DNA of 64,000 nucleotides from Acidobacteria bacterium RBG_13_68_16 (GCA_001766905.1 MEKI01000137.1:30319-94318), one strand, 5' to 3'. Positions 38,721 through 47,770 are shown, counted from the first letter of the stretch. Program-made: numbers and translations. Notes: generated by a model from the sequence alone, not told the origin.

Positions 38721-40020
38721 AGATCATCTCGCAGCCGAAGACGTACCGGTACCGCTCGACATCGAACCCCATCGCGCGCAGGCGGGCCGCGAGGCCACGG
38801 CGGGCGAAGTGCGTGATGTGCTCGCCGGCGTACGCATCGGGGAGAAGCTTGCCGTAGCACCACTCGATCGCGCGCCACAGCAGCCTGCCGTAGTCGGGGG
38901 TACCGAGGATGAGCGATCCGCCGGGCGCGAGGACGCGATCGAGCTCGCCCAGCACATTTGGCGTGTCGGGGAGGTGCTCGATGAGCTGCGAGCAGATAAC
39001 GGTCCCAAAACTCGCCGCAGGAAACGGGAGGCGCGTGAGGGTCCCCTGCACCAGCGGCCCGTGCCGGGAGCGCAACCAGCGCAGCTTGGCGTGAGCGAAA
39101 TCGAGCCCAACCGCGTCCGGAAGGTCCACGATGATGTGGCTCGAGCCGCAGCCGACGTCGAGGACCGGGGTGTGGTCGTCGAGTAAACCCAGGACGGTCC
39201 CGTGGCGCCGCCGCTGCCAGGCGCGCTGGAGCCACAGGGGACTGTCGAAGGCACGCCAGTCGTAGTCGGGGGCGGAAGCGGAGTTCCGCAGACGCCACAT
39301 GCGCACGAAGGTCGCCAGAAACGCGCGGGCGAGCCGCACGAAGCGGACGTGGGAATCCCCATTGCGGCGGGGCATGTAACGGAACGGCACCTCGACGATT
39401 CGGTGGCCCGCGTTGTGGGCCCGAATCAAGATCTCTTCCAGGGCGTCGAAGTCCCGGGCGGCGAACGGGTGGGCCTCGACGACGCTTCGGTGGTACATGC
39501 GAAACCCGCTCGAGAGGTCTCGGATCGGCAGCCCAAGGGCCCACCCGAAGCTGCGGTTGAGAGCGCGGCTGAAGAGTCCGCGCACCCACCCCATGACGGC
39601 TCGACCGCCTGGGGCATATCGCGAGGCGATGATGATGTCGGCGTCCGCGCGCCGTTTCCAGAGATCCGGGAGGAACTCGCAGCGGTGCGAGAGGTCGGCA
39701 TCCATTGTGAGGATCCAGGGCGCCGAGGTCGCGGAGAAGCCGGCCAGAAGGGCGCCCCCGTACCCTTCCTGGCGCTGCTGTACCACACGGGCGCCGAGGG
39801 CCTCGACGACCGCGGCGGTACCGTCGCTTGAGGCTCCGTCCACCACGACCACCTCCGCCGGCACCGCCAGCCGCGCCAGCGCCACCCGCAGGGCCGGCAG
39901 CAGCAGTTCGAGGTTCTCGCGCTCGTTGAGCGCCGGTATCACGACCGCGAGCGAGGCCCGCGCAGCGCCGGTCGGTGCGCTTTCCGTCACGTCGGCTTGC
40001 TCACGGTTGCTGGCGTGCAT
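38587..40020 (-). CDS. Fusion protein: GT2 polyprenyl-phosphate sugar synthase-like domain plus class I SAM methyltransferase domain
   Basis: Start revised to ATG 40020 (MHASNREQ). The GT2 half (about 39315..39950) has AVVIPALNERENL, VVVVDGASSDGT, TMDADLSH and SGFRMY (DPM1/GtrB-like). The MTase half (about 38650..39270) has VLDVGCGSS...FGTVICSQLIEHLPD...LAPGGSLILGTPD. Confidence 0.85.
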   Translation of the reverse strand: MHASNREQADVTESAPTGAARASLAVVIPALNERENLELLLPALRVALARLAVPAEVVVVDGASSDGTAAVVEALGARVVQQRQEGYGGALLAGFSATSAPWILTMDADLSHRCEFLPDLWKRRADADIIIASRYAPGGRAVMGWVRGLFSRALNRSFGWALGLPIRDLSSGFRMYHRSVVEAHPFAARDFDALEEILIRAHNAGHRIVEVPFRYMPRRNGDSHVRFVRLARAFLATFVRMWRLRNSASAPDYDWRAFDSPLWLQRAWQRRRHGTVLGLLDDHTPVLDVGCGSSHIIVDLPDAVGLDFAHAKLRWLRSRHGPLVQGTLTRLPFPAASFGTVICSQLIEHLPDTPNVLGELDRVLAPGGSLILGTPDYGRLLWRAIEWCYGKLLPDAYAGEHITHFARRGLAARLRAMGFDVERYRYVFGCEMIFKARKPREAALPRRGDTGPRPATAYTPHAAPLRRDRPRRAATGS

Positions 40021-40030
40021 CCCATCACCT

Positions 40031-41314
40031 CTACGAGCCAGCGAGTGCGCCAGACGACGCGCCTCCCGGATCGGGGTGTGCGCGGGTGCCGGCGAGCCAT
40101 GCCGCCCCCAGGAGGGCCGCCCACAGCAGGAGGGCACCGTAGAGCTTGGGGTAGGCCAGCAGGGCCCACGCCCCGTGGTCAAGCCCGGGCGAGCGGTACG
40201 GCAGGTCGGCGGCGACCGGGAGGAAGGCCGCGGCAAGCAGCACCCAGGCCATCGGCGACCGCCGCTCCAGCGCCCACGCGAGGGCGATGGCGGAAGGGAG
40301 GAGGAGCATCGTGTACGTGTAGTCGAGCGACATGGGGCTCGCCACGACGCCGGCGATCACGAACGCCGCGAAGACACGGTCGTCGCGCGGGCGCGACCGC
40401 GCCACCCAGAGGCCAGCGCCGATGAGGGCGAGTAGTGCAACCCACGGTCCGAGGAACGCGACACCCGGTGCGTTGAGCAGCGGTGCAGGGTTCCAGACCG
40501 GGTCGGGTGCAAAGAAGTGGTGGAAGAAGCCGGTCACGCTCTGGTACGCGGTGACGGCCCGTTCGGGGCGCGTCGCGGCGAAGGCGAGAGCGGCGGCGTC
40601 GGCTCGCCACGCGCCCACGCCGATCCACGGGAGCGACCCGAGCGCCACCGCGGCAACCGTGGCCGCCCCCCACGCCAGAGCCCGCCAGCGCCGCTCGGAG
40701 AGCGCGAGCACCCACAGTAGGCCCCCGGCCAGCTTGATCACCAGCATCAGGCCGAGTGCGATCCCGAGGACCACTTCGTTCCCCGCTCGGTACCCGTACC
40801 AGGCGGCGGTGGCTAGGGCGAGGAGCAGCACGTACACGTTGGCGACGTGAAAGTTGGCGGCCAGAGGTTGGTAGACGAGGGTGAGTGCCACGAACCCGAG
40901 GGCCCACGGCCATGGGAGGCGGGCCTCGCGGAGCAGCCAGGGTAAGGTGACCGCCAGCAGCACCAGGCTCAGAGCGGTCCAGGCGATGCGCGCACCGGTG
41001 TACTCGAGGCCTGCGAGGGGGAGCAGCACCAGTGCGGTGGTGGGTGGGTTGACGTTGATGTCGGTGACGCCGGGGGTGAAGCGGCCACTCTGGCCCGCGA
41101 ACCAGGTATCGTCGTAGGTGAGCGAGAGATCCTCACCGTTGGCGAGCAGCCGTGCCAGTGTGTAGTGCGCCCCGAAGCACGCCGACGGGCGCACCGCGGC
41201 TCGAGCGACGAGCGTCGCGAAGCGCCACCCTGCCACCAAGACCACCGCCCCGAGGGTCACGAGCCCAAGCGTGCTGAGCCACTGCCGTGCGCGGGATCGT
41301 CGGGAGTCTGTCAT
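40031..41314 (-). CDS. DUF2029/GT87-like GT-C membrane glycosyltransferase (polyprenyl-phosphate-sugar dependent type)
   Basis: 427 aa and polytopic. The first periplasmic loop (GEDLSLTYDDTWFAG...DINVNPPTTALVLLPLAGL) resembles the Y.YPP...PL pattern of the GT87/DUF2029 mannosyltransferase family. Confidence 0.65.
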   Translation of the reverse strand: MTDSRRSRARQWLSTLGLVTLGAVVLVAGWRFATLVARAAVRPSACFGAHYTLARLLANGEDLSLTYDDTWFAGQSGRFTPGVTDINVNPPTTALVLLPLAGLEYTGARIAWTALSLVLLAVTLPWLLREARLPWPWALGFVALTLVYQPLAANFHVANVYVLLLALATAAWYGYRAGNEVVLGIALGLMLVIKLAGGLLWVLALSERRWRALAWGAATVAAVALGSLPWIGVGAWRADAAALAFAATRPERAVTAYQSVTGFFHHFFAPDPVWNPAPLLNAPGVAFLGPWVALLALIGAGLWVARSRPRDDRVFAAFVIAGVVASPMSLDYTYTMLLLPSAIALAWALERRSPMAWVLLAAAFLPVAADLPYRSPGLDHGAWALLAYPKLYGALLLWAALLGAAWLAGTRAHPDPGGASSGALAGS

Positions 41315-41324
41315 CGACGCCGAC

Positions 41325-42800
41325 CTAGAACCCGCTGGTTTCGGGGCGCTGGTACGAGAGCAGGTGGTTCAGCGCCCGGAGCTCGAGGGGGTGAGCGTAG
41401 ATGTGGAGGCGGTACCGCCACCCGCTCGCCGCCTTCAGTACTGCCCGCCAGAACCCCCGCAGCTTGATATCTGTGATCGTCGGGTAGTAGGCGTTGAGCA
41501 CCTGCTCGAAGTTGCGCACCTCCATCCGGGTGCCGTCGGAAAGCCAAGGCATGGTGGTCGAGCGGTGCTGGGCGAACTCCTGCCAGGCGGGGGAGATCCA
41601 TTCCTCGAGCGTGTCCGGGAAGCGGAAGCCGGACGCCTTGGCGCGCTCGTACAGCTCGCCGTCGAGCGGCACAGGCGAGTACATGTACAGCACGATCTCC
41701 GCGTTCGGGTTAACACCCTTGACGCGGCGGATGAACGCGAGCGTCCGTCGGGTGTCGGTTTCCGGGTCCGGCGGATTGCCGAGGACGAAGGAGAGTTCGG
41801 GGACGATCCCGTAATGCCGCATCTTCTCGGCGATGGCGAGAGTTTTCTCGGCCGAGGCGGAGCCGCCCTTGTTCATGCGCTTGAGGGTCTCGTCGGACCC
41901 GGACTCGGCCCCCAGGAAGACCATCTTGAGCCCCGAGTCGCGCATCATCCCCCAGCTCCGCTCCGAGTAGCGCAACAACGTGTCGATGCGTGCCTCCCCC
42001 CACCACGCGATTCGCAGGTCGCGAATGCGCTCGGCGAACTCCGTCGTGCGGGATTCCTGGACGAAGAAGTTGTTGTCGTAGAACTCGACCGCGTCCGCGC
42101 CGAAGCGTTCCACCAGCGTGCGCGCCACCCGGGCGGTGCGGTCGGCGGACTGTGCGAGCCATCGTCCCGAAACCATGTTGACGACCGCGCAGAAGTTGCA
42201 GAAGAAAGGGCAGCCATAGCTGGAGTGGTGGGGCAGGGTGCGTGCCCCCATGAACGTCCGGCGCACGTACCGCGACACCTCGGCTTTGTGGTACGGAAAG
42301 TCGGGGAGGCGATCCGGGTGAGGGATCGGCGCCATAGTGTTGGTGACGGGCTCTCGCACGGCGTTGCGGTACGCGAGCCCAGCGAGGGAGGTGGGATCCC
42401 CGCCACTCTCGAGACGGTCGAGGAGCTCTTTGAGCACGAGCTCGCCGTGACCGCGCACTACGAAGTCCACGTACGGGGCGCGCAGGCAGACGTCCCAGTG
42501 CTGGGTGGGGAAGTAGCCGCCCCAGATCACCGTCAGGCGTGGGCGCAGCTCCTTGAGCCTTCGGCAGGTCGGTACGGCGCCTGCGAGCTGTGGGCCCGGC
42601 ATGACTGTCACGGCCAGCGCTCGCGCGCCCCACTCACGGACGAGAGCGTCGATGGCGGCGACGGGGTCGGGCTCGAGGTTGCCGTCCACTAATGCGTACT
42701 CGTGGTGTTCCTCCAGCACCGCCCCCAGCGCCAGCAGCGACATGGGAAGCACCGGCTTGCGGGTAGCCGAGCTGGGTGGGTTGTAGAGCACCAGCCTCAT
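41325..42800 (-). CDS. Cobalamin (B12)-binding-domain radical SAM enzyme, copy 1
   Basis: Start revised to ATG 42800 (MRLVLYNPP, GGAGGG RBS). An N-terminal B12-binding-like Rossmann region (LAVTVMPGPQL...VIWGGYFPT) is followed by the CxxxCxxC cluster GCPFFCNFC (42189..42212). Confidence 0.88.
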   Translation of the reverse strand: MRLVLYNPPSSATRKPVLPMSLLALGAVLEEHHEYALVDGNLEPDPVAAIDALVREWGARALAVTVMPGPQLAGAVPTCRRLKELRPRLTVIWGGYFPTQHWDVCLRAPYVDFVVRGHGELVLKELLDRLESGGDPTSLAGLAYRNAVREPVTNTMAPIPHPDRLPDFPYHKAEVSRYVRRTFMGARTLPHHSSYGCPFFCNFCAVVNMVSGRWLAQSADRTARVARTLVERFGADAVEFYDNNFFVQESRTTEFAERIRDLRIAWWGEARIDTLLRYSERSWGMMRDSGLKMVFLGAESGSDETLKRMNKGGSASAEKTLAIAEKMRHYGIVPELSFVLGNPPDPETDTRRTLAFIRRVKGVNPNAEIVLYMYSPVPLDGELYERAKASGFRFPDTLEEWISPAWQEFAQHRSTTMPWLSDGTRMEVRNFEQVLNAYYPTITDIKLRGFWRAVLKAASGWRYRLHIYAHPLELRALNHLLSYQRPETSGF

Positions 42801-43468
42801 GCGGCCCTCCTGACCCGGTACAGGGAGAGGGTCTCTGAGATCAAATGCCGGCGGCCGACCACCGCCGCCTCGAGACCCCCCGTGGCGCACCCCGCGAAGA
42901 AGCCGTCCGCCTCCGCGAGGGAGGAGAGCAACACCAGGGCGTGGCCGAGGGGCTCCAGGTGGGCAGCGAGCGACCCGGTGAAGCGTTCGAAGAAGTCCGG
43001 TGCGCGCCAGGAGGCATCCCAGAGGTCGCGCGGCGAGCCGCGGTAGAAGGGGGGGTTGCAGAGCACGACGTCGAAGCGCCGACCGTCAAACGGCCCGAAC
43101 AGATCGCCCTCCGCAACCGAAACACGGTCCTCGCAACGGTTGAGCATGACGTTGAGGCGGGCGCAGCGCACCGCGTGGGGGTTGAGGTCGACCGCCGCCA
43201 CCGAGCGGGCGAACTGTGCCGCCACGATCGCAAGGGCGCCCGAACCGGTCCCCACGTCCAGGACGTCGGCGGTGCTGGGAACGAGCTCGGGGGTGAGGGC
43301 CGAGGCGAAGAAACCGGTGGTGAGGAACAGGGTCGGGTTGAAAACCTCGGGCAGAACCAGGAGCGGGTGGCCGGCGAACCGCTCCAGGACCAGCCGACGG
43401 TGGCGGCGACGCTGGAACAGCACGAACCGCCCCCGGAGGTAGAGGCGGACGAGGCTAGCGCGCACCAT
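42797..43468 (-). CDS. NPPF-motif class I methyltransferase (HemK/RsmC-like small MTase domain)
   Basis: VLDVGTGSGALAIVAA (motif I) and VVLCNPPFY (motif IV of N-directed amino-methyltransferases). Start provisionally ATG 43468. Its stop overlaps the radical SAM ATG (ATGA). Confidence 0.78.
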   Translation of the reverse strand: MVRASLVRLYLRGRFVLFQRRRHRRLVLERFAGHPLLVLPEVFNPTLFLTTGFFASALTPELVPSTADVLDVGTGSGALAIVAAQFARSVAAVDLNPHAVRCARLNVMLNRCEDRVSVAEGDLFGPFDGRRFDVVLCNPPFYRGSPRDLWDASWRAPDFFERFTGSLAAHLEPLGHALVLLSSLAEADGFFAGCATGGLEAAVVGRRHLISETLSLYRVRRAA

Positions 43469-44462
43469 TCCGCCTCCCGAACCGGGTTTCCAATCGACTT
43501 GCCGCCCAAGGGCGGCGCCGCCCAACGATGACCGGAAACGTAGCCCGTTCCCTCTGGCCCCTCATGGTTGCCAAAAGGGAGTGTCCTCGCATCGGCCACC
43601 AGCGGAGGGGCCGCAGCAACCGGAAGCGCAGCCCCAGATCGGTGGCGAGTTCACGCAATCGGCGATGGGTGAGGAAACCCTCGCTGGCGACGGCATTGGA
43701 CGGGAATCCGTGGTCGCGGATAAACGCGTGCTCGCGCTCGCGGACCATCCGGGCCCCGCTCACTGCGTCGTGGTAGATGGGGGAATCCATGATCACGAGA
43801 TGGCCGGTGTCGCCAAGAACCCGCAGCGCCTCGGCGAGCGTCACCACGAGGTCCGGGGAGTAGTGCAACGCGGCGTTGAACACCACGATGTCCGCCTGTC
43901 GCCCGGCGAACGGCAGGTGGTCAAAGTCCGCCACGACCGAGGTGAAAACCGTCGGGTAGTGCACGTGGGCCCCGAGTCCGTCGCGCGCGTCGTCGCAGAG
44001 GTCCACGGCTGCAAGCCGGTGTCCCCGCTCCGAGAGACGGTGCGACAGCCAGCTGTTACCCGCCCCGAGGTCCAGCACGGAAAGCGGCGTTTGGGTCTGC
44101 AGTTCGATGGGGCGAAGCACGCGCTGGACCAGAGTTGCATAGCTGGCCGCGCGGATTCGCCAGATCTCCTCGAAGCGCCCGGTGAGGTCCACGAAGGGGA
44201 GGGCGCGGAAGTAAGCGGGGCCGCGGCTGCCCCACCCTTCCCGGTGCCGCACCTCGCGGTACTCGGTCACGAAGCGACGCAGCGCCAGTTCGCGTTCCGG
44301 CGGCAGGAGGTGCCAGATGCCTCCATCGCGCGAGAAGCGCAGCTCGCAGGCCGGGCAGCGGAGGAGGTCGCGGCCGCTCGGGAACGGCTGCCGACACCGG
44401 GGGCAGGCCAACCGAAACTCGGTCGGCGTCTCCACGTTCAGGGCAAATGCGCTCTCACTCAC
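43455..44462 (-). CDS. Class I SAM methyltransferase with N-terminal CxxC...CxxC zinc ribbon
   Basis: CPRCRQPF...LRCPACELRF (Trm112-like ribbon), then VLDLGAGNSWLSHRLSERG...DIVVFNAALHY. Confidence 0.78.
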   Translation of the reverse strand: MSESAFALNVETPTEFRLACPRCRQPFPSGRDLLRCPACELRFSRDGGIWHLLPPERELALRRFVTEYREVRHREGWGSRGPAYFRALPFVDLTGRFEEIWRIRAASYATLVQRVLRPIELQTQTPLSVLDLGAGNSWLSHRLSERGHRLAAVDLCDDARDGLGAHVHYPTVFTSVVADFDHLPFAGRQADIVVFNAALHYSPDLVVTLAEALRVLGDTGHLVIMDSPIYHDAVSGARMVREREHAFIRDHGFPSNAVASEGFLTHRRLRELATDLGLRFRLLRPLRWWPMRGHSLLATMRGQRERATFPVIVGRRRPWAASRLETRFGRRNGAR

Positions 44463-45267
44463 GTTTGCGTAGCACCATCAGGAAGTGGTCGCCGGCCTCT
44501 CGCAGCAGCGGGAGGGCGCCGAGCTTTCCGTCCAGCCACCAGAGCGCCCGGCTCGCCCGGCGCAGGCGCCGGTGGAACCCCACGAGGTACGGAGGCGGAG
44601 AGAAGAGACCCAAGGCGCGAGACGCCTCGTGCGCGAACGAGCCCCGGAAGTGATCGAGAAACTCCTTCGGTCGGTAGTAACGGGTCCACACCGTGCCGCG
44701 GTTCAAGCCGACCGGGACCGCGCGTGAGCCGAGACGCACGAGCGCACGCCGCAGGTCGCCGCGAGCCACGAAGTACGCCAGTTCCCAGGGACAGAGCTTG
44801 CCCATGACCGACGCAACGAGCACGCCTCCGCCGTTGAGGAGGCTGCCGCAGCCCGCCGCAACGGCTGAGAGGTCCGGGACGCAGTTGAGGGCTCCCAGGT
44901 CCGAGTAGATGGCGTCGAACGGCCCCCCTGAAAGCCGGTCCAGCGCTTCGATACCCAATTCCAGGGCCGTGACACGCTCGGTAAGCCCCTCCTCGGCCGC
45001 ACGGGCGCGGGTCCGGGCCACCATCTGTGGCGAGGCATCGATGGCCACGACCGTGTAGCCGCGCGCCGCAAGGTGGGCGGCGTCGATGCCGGTGCCGCAC
45101 CCGACGTCCAGGAGCCGTGCGCCGGGGCTCACCCGTCGGGTGAGTTCATCGACCAGGCCTGTGCGCATCCGCTGGACGATTTCGTTGTTGCCGAACGGCC
45201 CGTCGTAGAAGGAGGCGACGGAGTCGAACGCCTGCCGCGTCTCGTGCAGCTGCGCCTGGGCGCTCAC
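44455..45267 (-). CDS. Class I SAM methyltransferase (Methyltransf_11/25-like)
   Basis: LLDVGCGTGIDAAHLAARGYTVVAIDASPQMV...FDAIYSDLGALNCV. The GTG start overlaps the upstream stop (GTGA). Confidence 0.83.
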   Translation of the reverse strand: MSAQAQLHETRQAFDSVASFYDGPFGNNEIVQRMRTGLVDELTRRVSPGARLLDVGCGTGIDAAHLAARGYTVVAIDASPQMVARTRARAAEEGLTERVTALELGIEALDRLSGGPFDAIYSDLGALNCVPDLSAVAAGCGSLLNGGGVLVASVMGKLCPWELAYFVARGDLRRALVRLGSRAVPVGLNRGTVWTRYYRPKEFLDHFRGSFAHEASRALGLFSPPPYLVGFHRRLRRASRALWWLDGKLGALPLLREAGDHFLMVLRKRE

Positions 45268-46817
45268 GGCTCACCTTCGCTTTGGGCGGTGGGTCGGGCG
45301 GCCTCGGTGGGAACCATGTGGGGCAGCAGCCCGACTCCGTCGTACGGCGCCCGCGCGAAGAGCGCGAGGCGCACCCGGGCGAGCGGCAGCGTGAGGGCGT
45401 TGTAGGCCATCGCCGCCGCGTGACGCAACTCCCGGCGGCCAAGGCGGAGGGGGTGCCGCAGCGCGTGGCGCAGGGCTCGGGCCGACCTTCGCGCGCGAAA
45501 CTCCTTGTGCAGCACGGTGTGGAGCTGACGGTAAAAGCCGGTGGAGAAAGGCCCCCGGTAGAGCATCGCGAGATCCGAGGAGTCCTGCCAGTTCTGCTTG
45601 GCACCCAGCTCGCTGCGGACCGTTTCGAAGAAGCGTGTGCCGGGGAGCGGGTACGACACGGACATTCCGATGTCATCCGGCGCGCACGCTCGAACCATTT
45701 GGAGGGTCTTCTCGATGTCCTCGCGGGTCTCACCCGGATAACCGAACTGGAGGAAGAAGCAGACCTCGACGCCTGCCTCGTGCAGGCGCCGCGCGGCCTC
45801 GTGGATCTGCTCGACCCTGGTGCCCTTGTCCATCGCGTCCAGGATCCTCTGCGATCCGGACTCGGCCCCGACCCAGACCGTCCTGGCACCTGCGCGCGCG
45901 AGTGCGGCGATCGTATCCCCCTTGAGGAGCAGGTCGACGCGGTGAAGGCTCTTGAAAGGGACGAGTGCGTTCTCACGCTCTGCGACTTCGGCGAAGCGCT
46001 GGACCCAGCCAGGCTTGAGGCCAAGGATGTCGTCGGCGAAGGAGATCTGGTCGGGGTTGTAGGTCCGCTTGAGCCATGCGAGCTCGGCCACGACGTTCTC
46101 GGGGGAGCGGGCGTGGTAGCGCTGACCCCAGATCGGCTTGGCGCACCAGTTGCAGTGGTACGGGCACCCCCGTGTCGTGACCATGTTCATCGAGAAGTAC
46201 CCGTGGTGCTTGACCCAAATTGCTCGGTACCGAGGGACATCGATGAGGTCCCACGCCGGGAAGGGGAGCGCATCGAGATCCGCGAGCACTGGGCGAGGAG
46301 CGGTATGAATCACCCGTGAGCCGACGATGGTGTCCGGAAACGCGAGCCCCGGGATCCGGTCCAGGGGCGTGTCGGTGCGGCCGGTGAGCCGGGCCATTAA
46401 CTCGGCGAGGGTGGCCTCGCCCTCACCGATCGTCACGAAGTCTGCGCCGCGCGCGAGGTACTCCTCGGCGTGGTCAGAGGCGTCGGCCCCAGCCACGATC
46501 AGCGTGCTGCCGTGCCGCTTCGCCATACCGATCATCGTGAAGGCTGCCTCGCGCATGCGCAGCAGGCACATTTTCGAGAGGTAGTTGAAGTTGTCCTCGA
46601 AGAGGACGGCGAACTGCGGGCGCTCACGGTCGAGCGCCTCGGACCACGCCCACTCCGAGTCGGCCAGCATCGCGTCGAAGAGGGCGACATCGTGACCGTG
46701 CTCGCGCAACACGCTTGCCGCGTACATCGTGCCCAGCGGAGGGTAGGGCTGCATCCCCTCCCAGAGCTTGGGATCAAAACGCAGGTAGTACGACTGACCG
46801 AGGAGGACCGCGCTCAT
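45264..46817 (-). CDS. Cobalamin (B12)-binding-domain radical SAM enzyme, copy 2
   Basis: Start revised to ATG 46817 (MSAVLLGQSYY). B12-binding-like N-terminus (AVLFEDNFNYL...LIVAGADASDH...FVTIGEGE), then TRGCPYHCNWC (46143..46166). Not obviously similar in sequence to copy 1 outside the shared motifs. Confidence 0.88.
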   Translation of the reverse strand: MSAVLLGQSYYLRFDPKLWEGMQPYPPLGTMYAASVLREHGHDVALFDAMLADSEWAWSEALDRERPQFAVLFEDNFNYLSKMCLLRMREAAFTMIGMAKRHGSTLIVAGADASDHAEEYLARGADFVTIGEGEATLAELMARLTGRTDTPLDRIPGLAFPDTIVGSRVIHTAPRPVLADLDALPFPAWDLIDVPRYRAIWVKHHGYFSMNMVTTRGCPYHCNWCAKPIWGQRYHARSPENVVAELAWLKRTYNPDQISFADDILGLKPGWVQRFAEVAERENALVPFKSLHRVDLLLKGDTIAALARAGARTVWVGAESGSQRILDAMDKGTRVEQIHEAARRLHEAGVEVCFFLQFGYPGETREDIEKTLQMVRACAPDDIGMSVSYPLPGTRFFETVRSELGAKQNWQDSSDLAMLYRGPFSTGFYRQLHTVLHKEFRARRSARALRHALRHPLRLGRRELRHAAAMAYNALTLPLARVRLALFARAPYDGVGLLPHMVPTEAARPTAQSEGEP

Positions 46818-47770
46818 GCCCACGCTCCGTCGAGCTGACGAAGGCGCGTCTCCCACGCCGCGAGAATCCGTGCCCCGTGGCCGTGGAAGTGGCCCTTGTA
46901 CCCGTCGGCGTCGAACGCTGCCTCGCCGCCGGAGAGCTCACCGCGCGCGAGCTTTCCCTGCAGGTGAGATGCCTGCCAGCGCGCCAGCGCCGCCTCGATG
47001 CGGTCGCCGACGCGGCCGCGCAGCGCGGCTTCGGCCAAGCGCGCGAGGGCTCCGCCCACCCGACGCGGCGTCACCGAAGGAGGCGCGACTCCTGGGGAGT
47101 TGGGCAGGAAGATGCGAACCCAGGGGTTGGCCTCGCGCATGCGCTCGCACGTTTCGGGTCCCGCGATAGGCACCATCTGTAGCAGTTCGTGCGCGGTGTA
47201 GAGCGTGCGCTCGGCCAGAGCGAGCGCCCGTTCGGAGAGGACGTAGTTGGGGCAAAGACGGGTGCCGGCGGCGCCTGCCGCTCTGGCGAGGGCGGTCACC
47301 AGCGCCCGGCACAGCCAGACTCTCCCGGTACTTGCCACCACGAGGTAGTCGATATCCGCGTCGGGCTCGACGGCGTCCACAGCGAGGGCACCGGTGACCG
47401 CCACCATGCGAACGAAGGGAAGCGCCCCGAAAACCCGCCCCCAGCGCCGTGCGCGCGGCCACAGCGCCGCAGCCGAGGTCTCTCGCCGGAGGCGGACCTC
47501 CACGATCGCCTCGCGCCCCACGAGAGTGAAGAACTCGCCCCATCGCGTCGTGCGGCGCACGAGGCGCGGCGAGCGGTCCAGAGCCTCCGTGACGTCCGCG
47601 AGGGTGGCGTGCGCTGCGACCAGGTGCCGATGTGCCTCGGCAGCGGTGAGGGGGTGATCGAAGAGGTCGGCGTAGGCGAGCGTGGCGAGAACAGCGCGCG
47701 GAAGGTCGGGCACGGCCGGTGCGAGATCGGCGGGGAGAGACGTGTCGGTTGGGAGCCAGTTCGCCGTCAT
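46814..47770 (-). CDS. Unknown 318-aa protein with a Pol-beta nucleotidyltransferase-like G-x-x10-DxD signature
   Basis: VAVTGALAVDAVEPDADIDYLVV fits the pattern hG[GS]x9-13DxD, with Ala in place of Ser. Coding-like composition. Its stop overlaps the radical SAM ATG (ATGA). No confident family assignment. Confidence 0.55.
   Translation of the reverse strand: MTANWLPTDTSLPADLAPAVPDLPRAVLATLAYADLFDHPLTAAEAHRHLVAAHATLADVTEALDRSPRLVRRTTRWGEFFTLVGREAIVEVRLRRETSAAALWPRARRWGRVFGALPFVRMVAVTGALAVDAVEPDADIDYLVVASTGRVWLCRALVTALARAAGAAGTRLCPNYVLSERALALAERTLYTAHELLQMVPIAGPETCERMREANPWVRIFLPNSPGVAPPSVTPRRVGGALARLAEAALRGRVGDRIEAALARWQASHLQGKLARGELSGGEAAFDADGYKGHFHGHGARILAAWETRLRQLDGAWA

Noticed and set aside
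37107-38857. Long alternative ORFs 37107..38681 (minus strand, 524 aa) and 37160..38857 (plus strand, 565 aa) over the GT-C gene
   Set aside because: Both are Arg/Gly/Pro-rich shadow frames. The frame starting at 37197 gives a coherent polytopic membrane protein with a GT-C loop motif.
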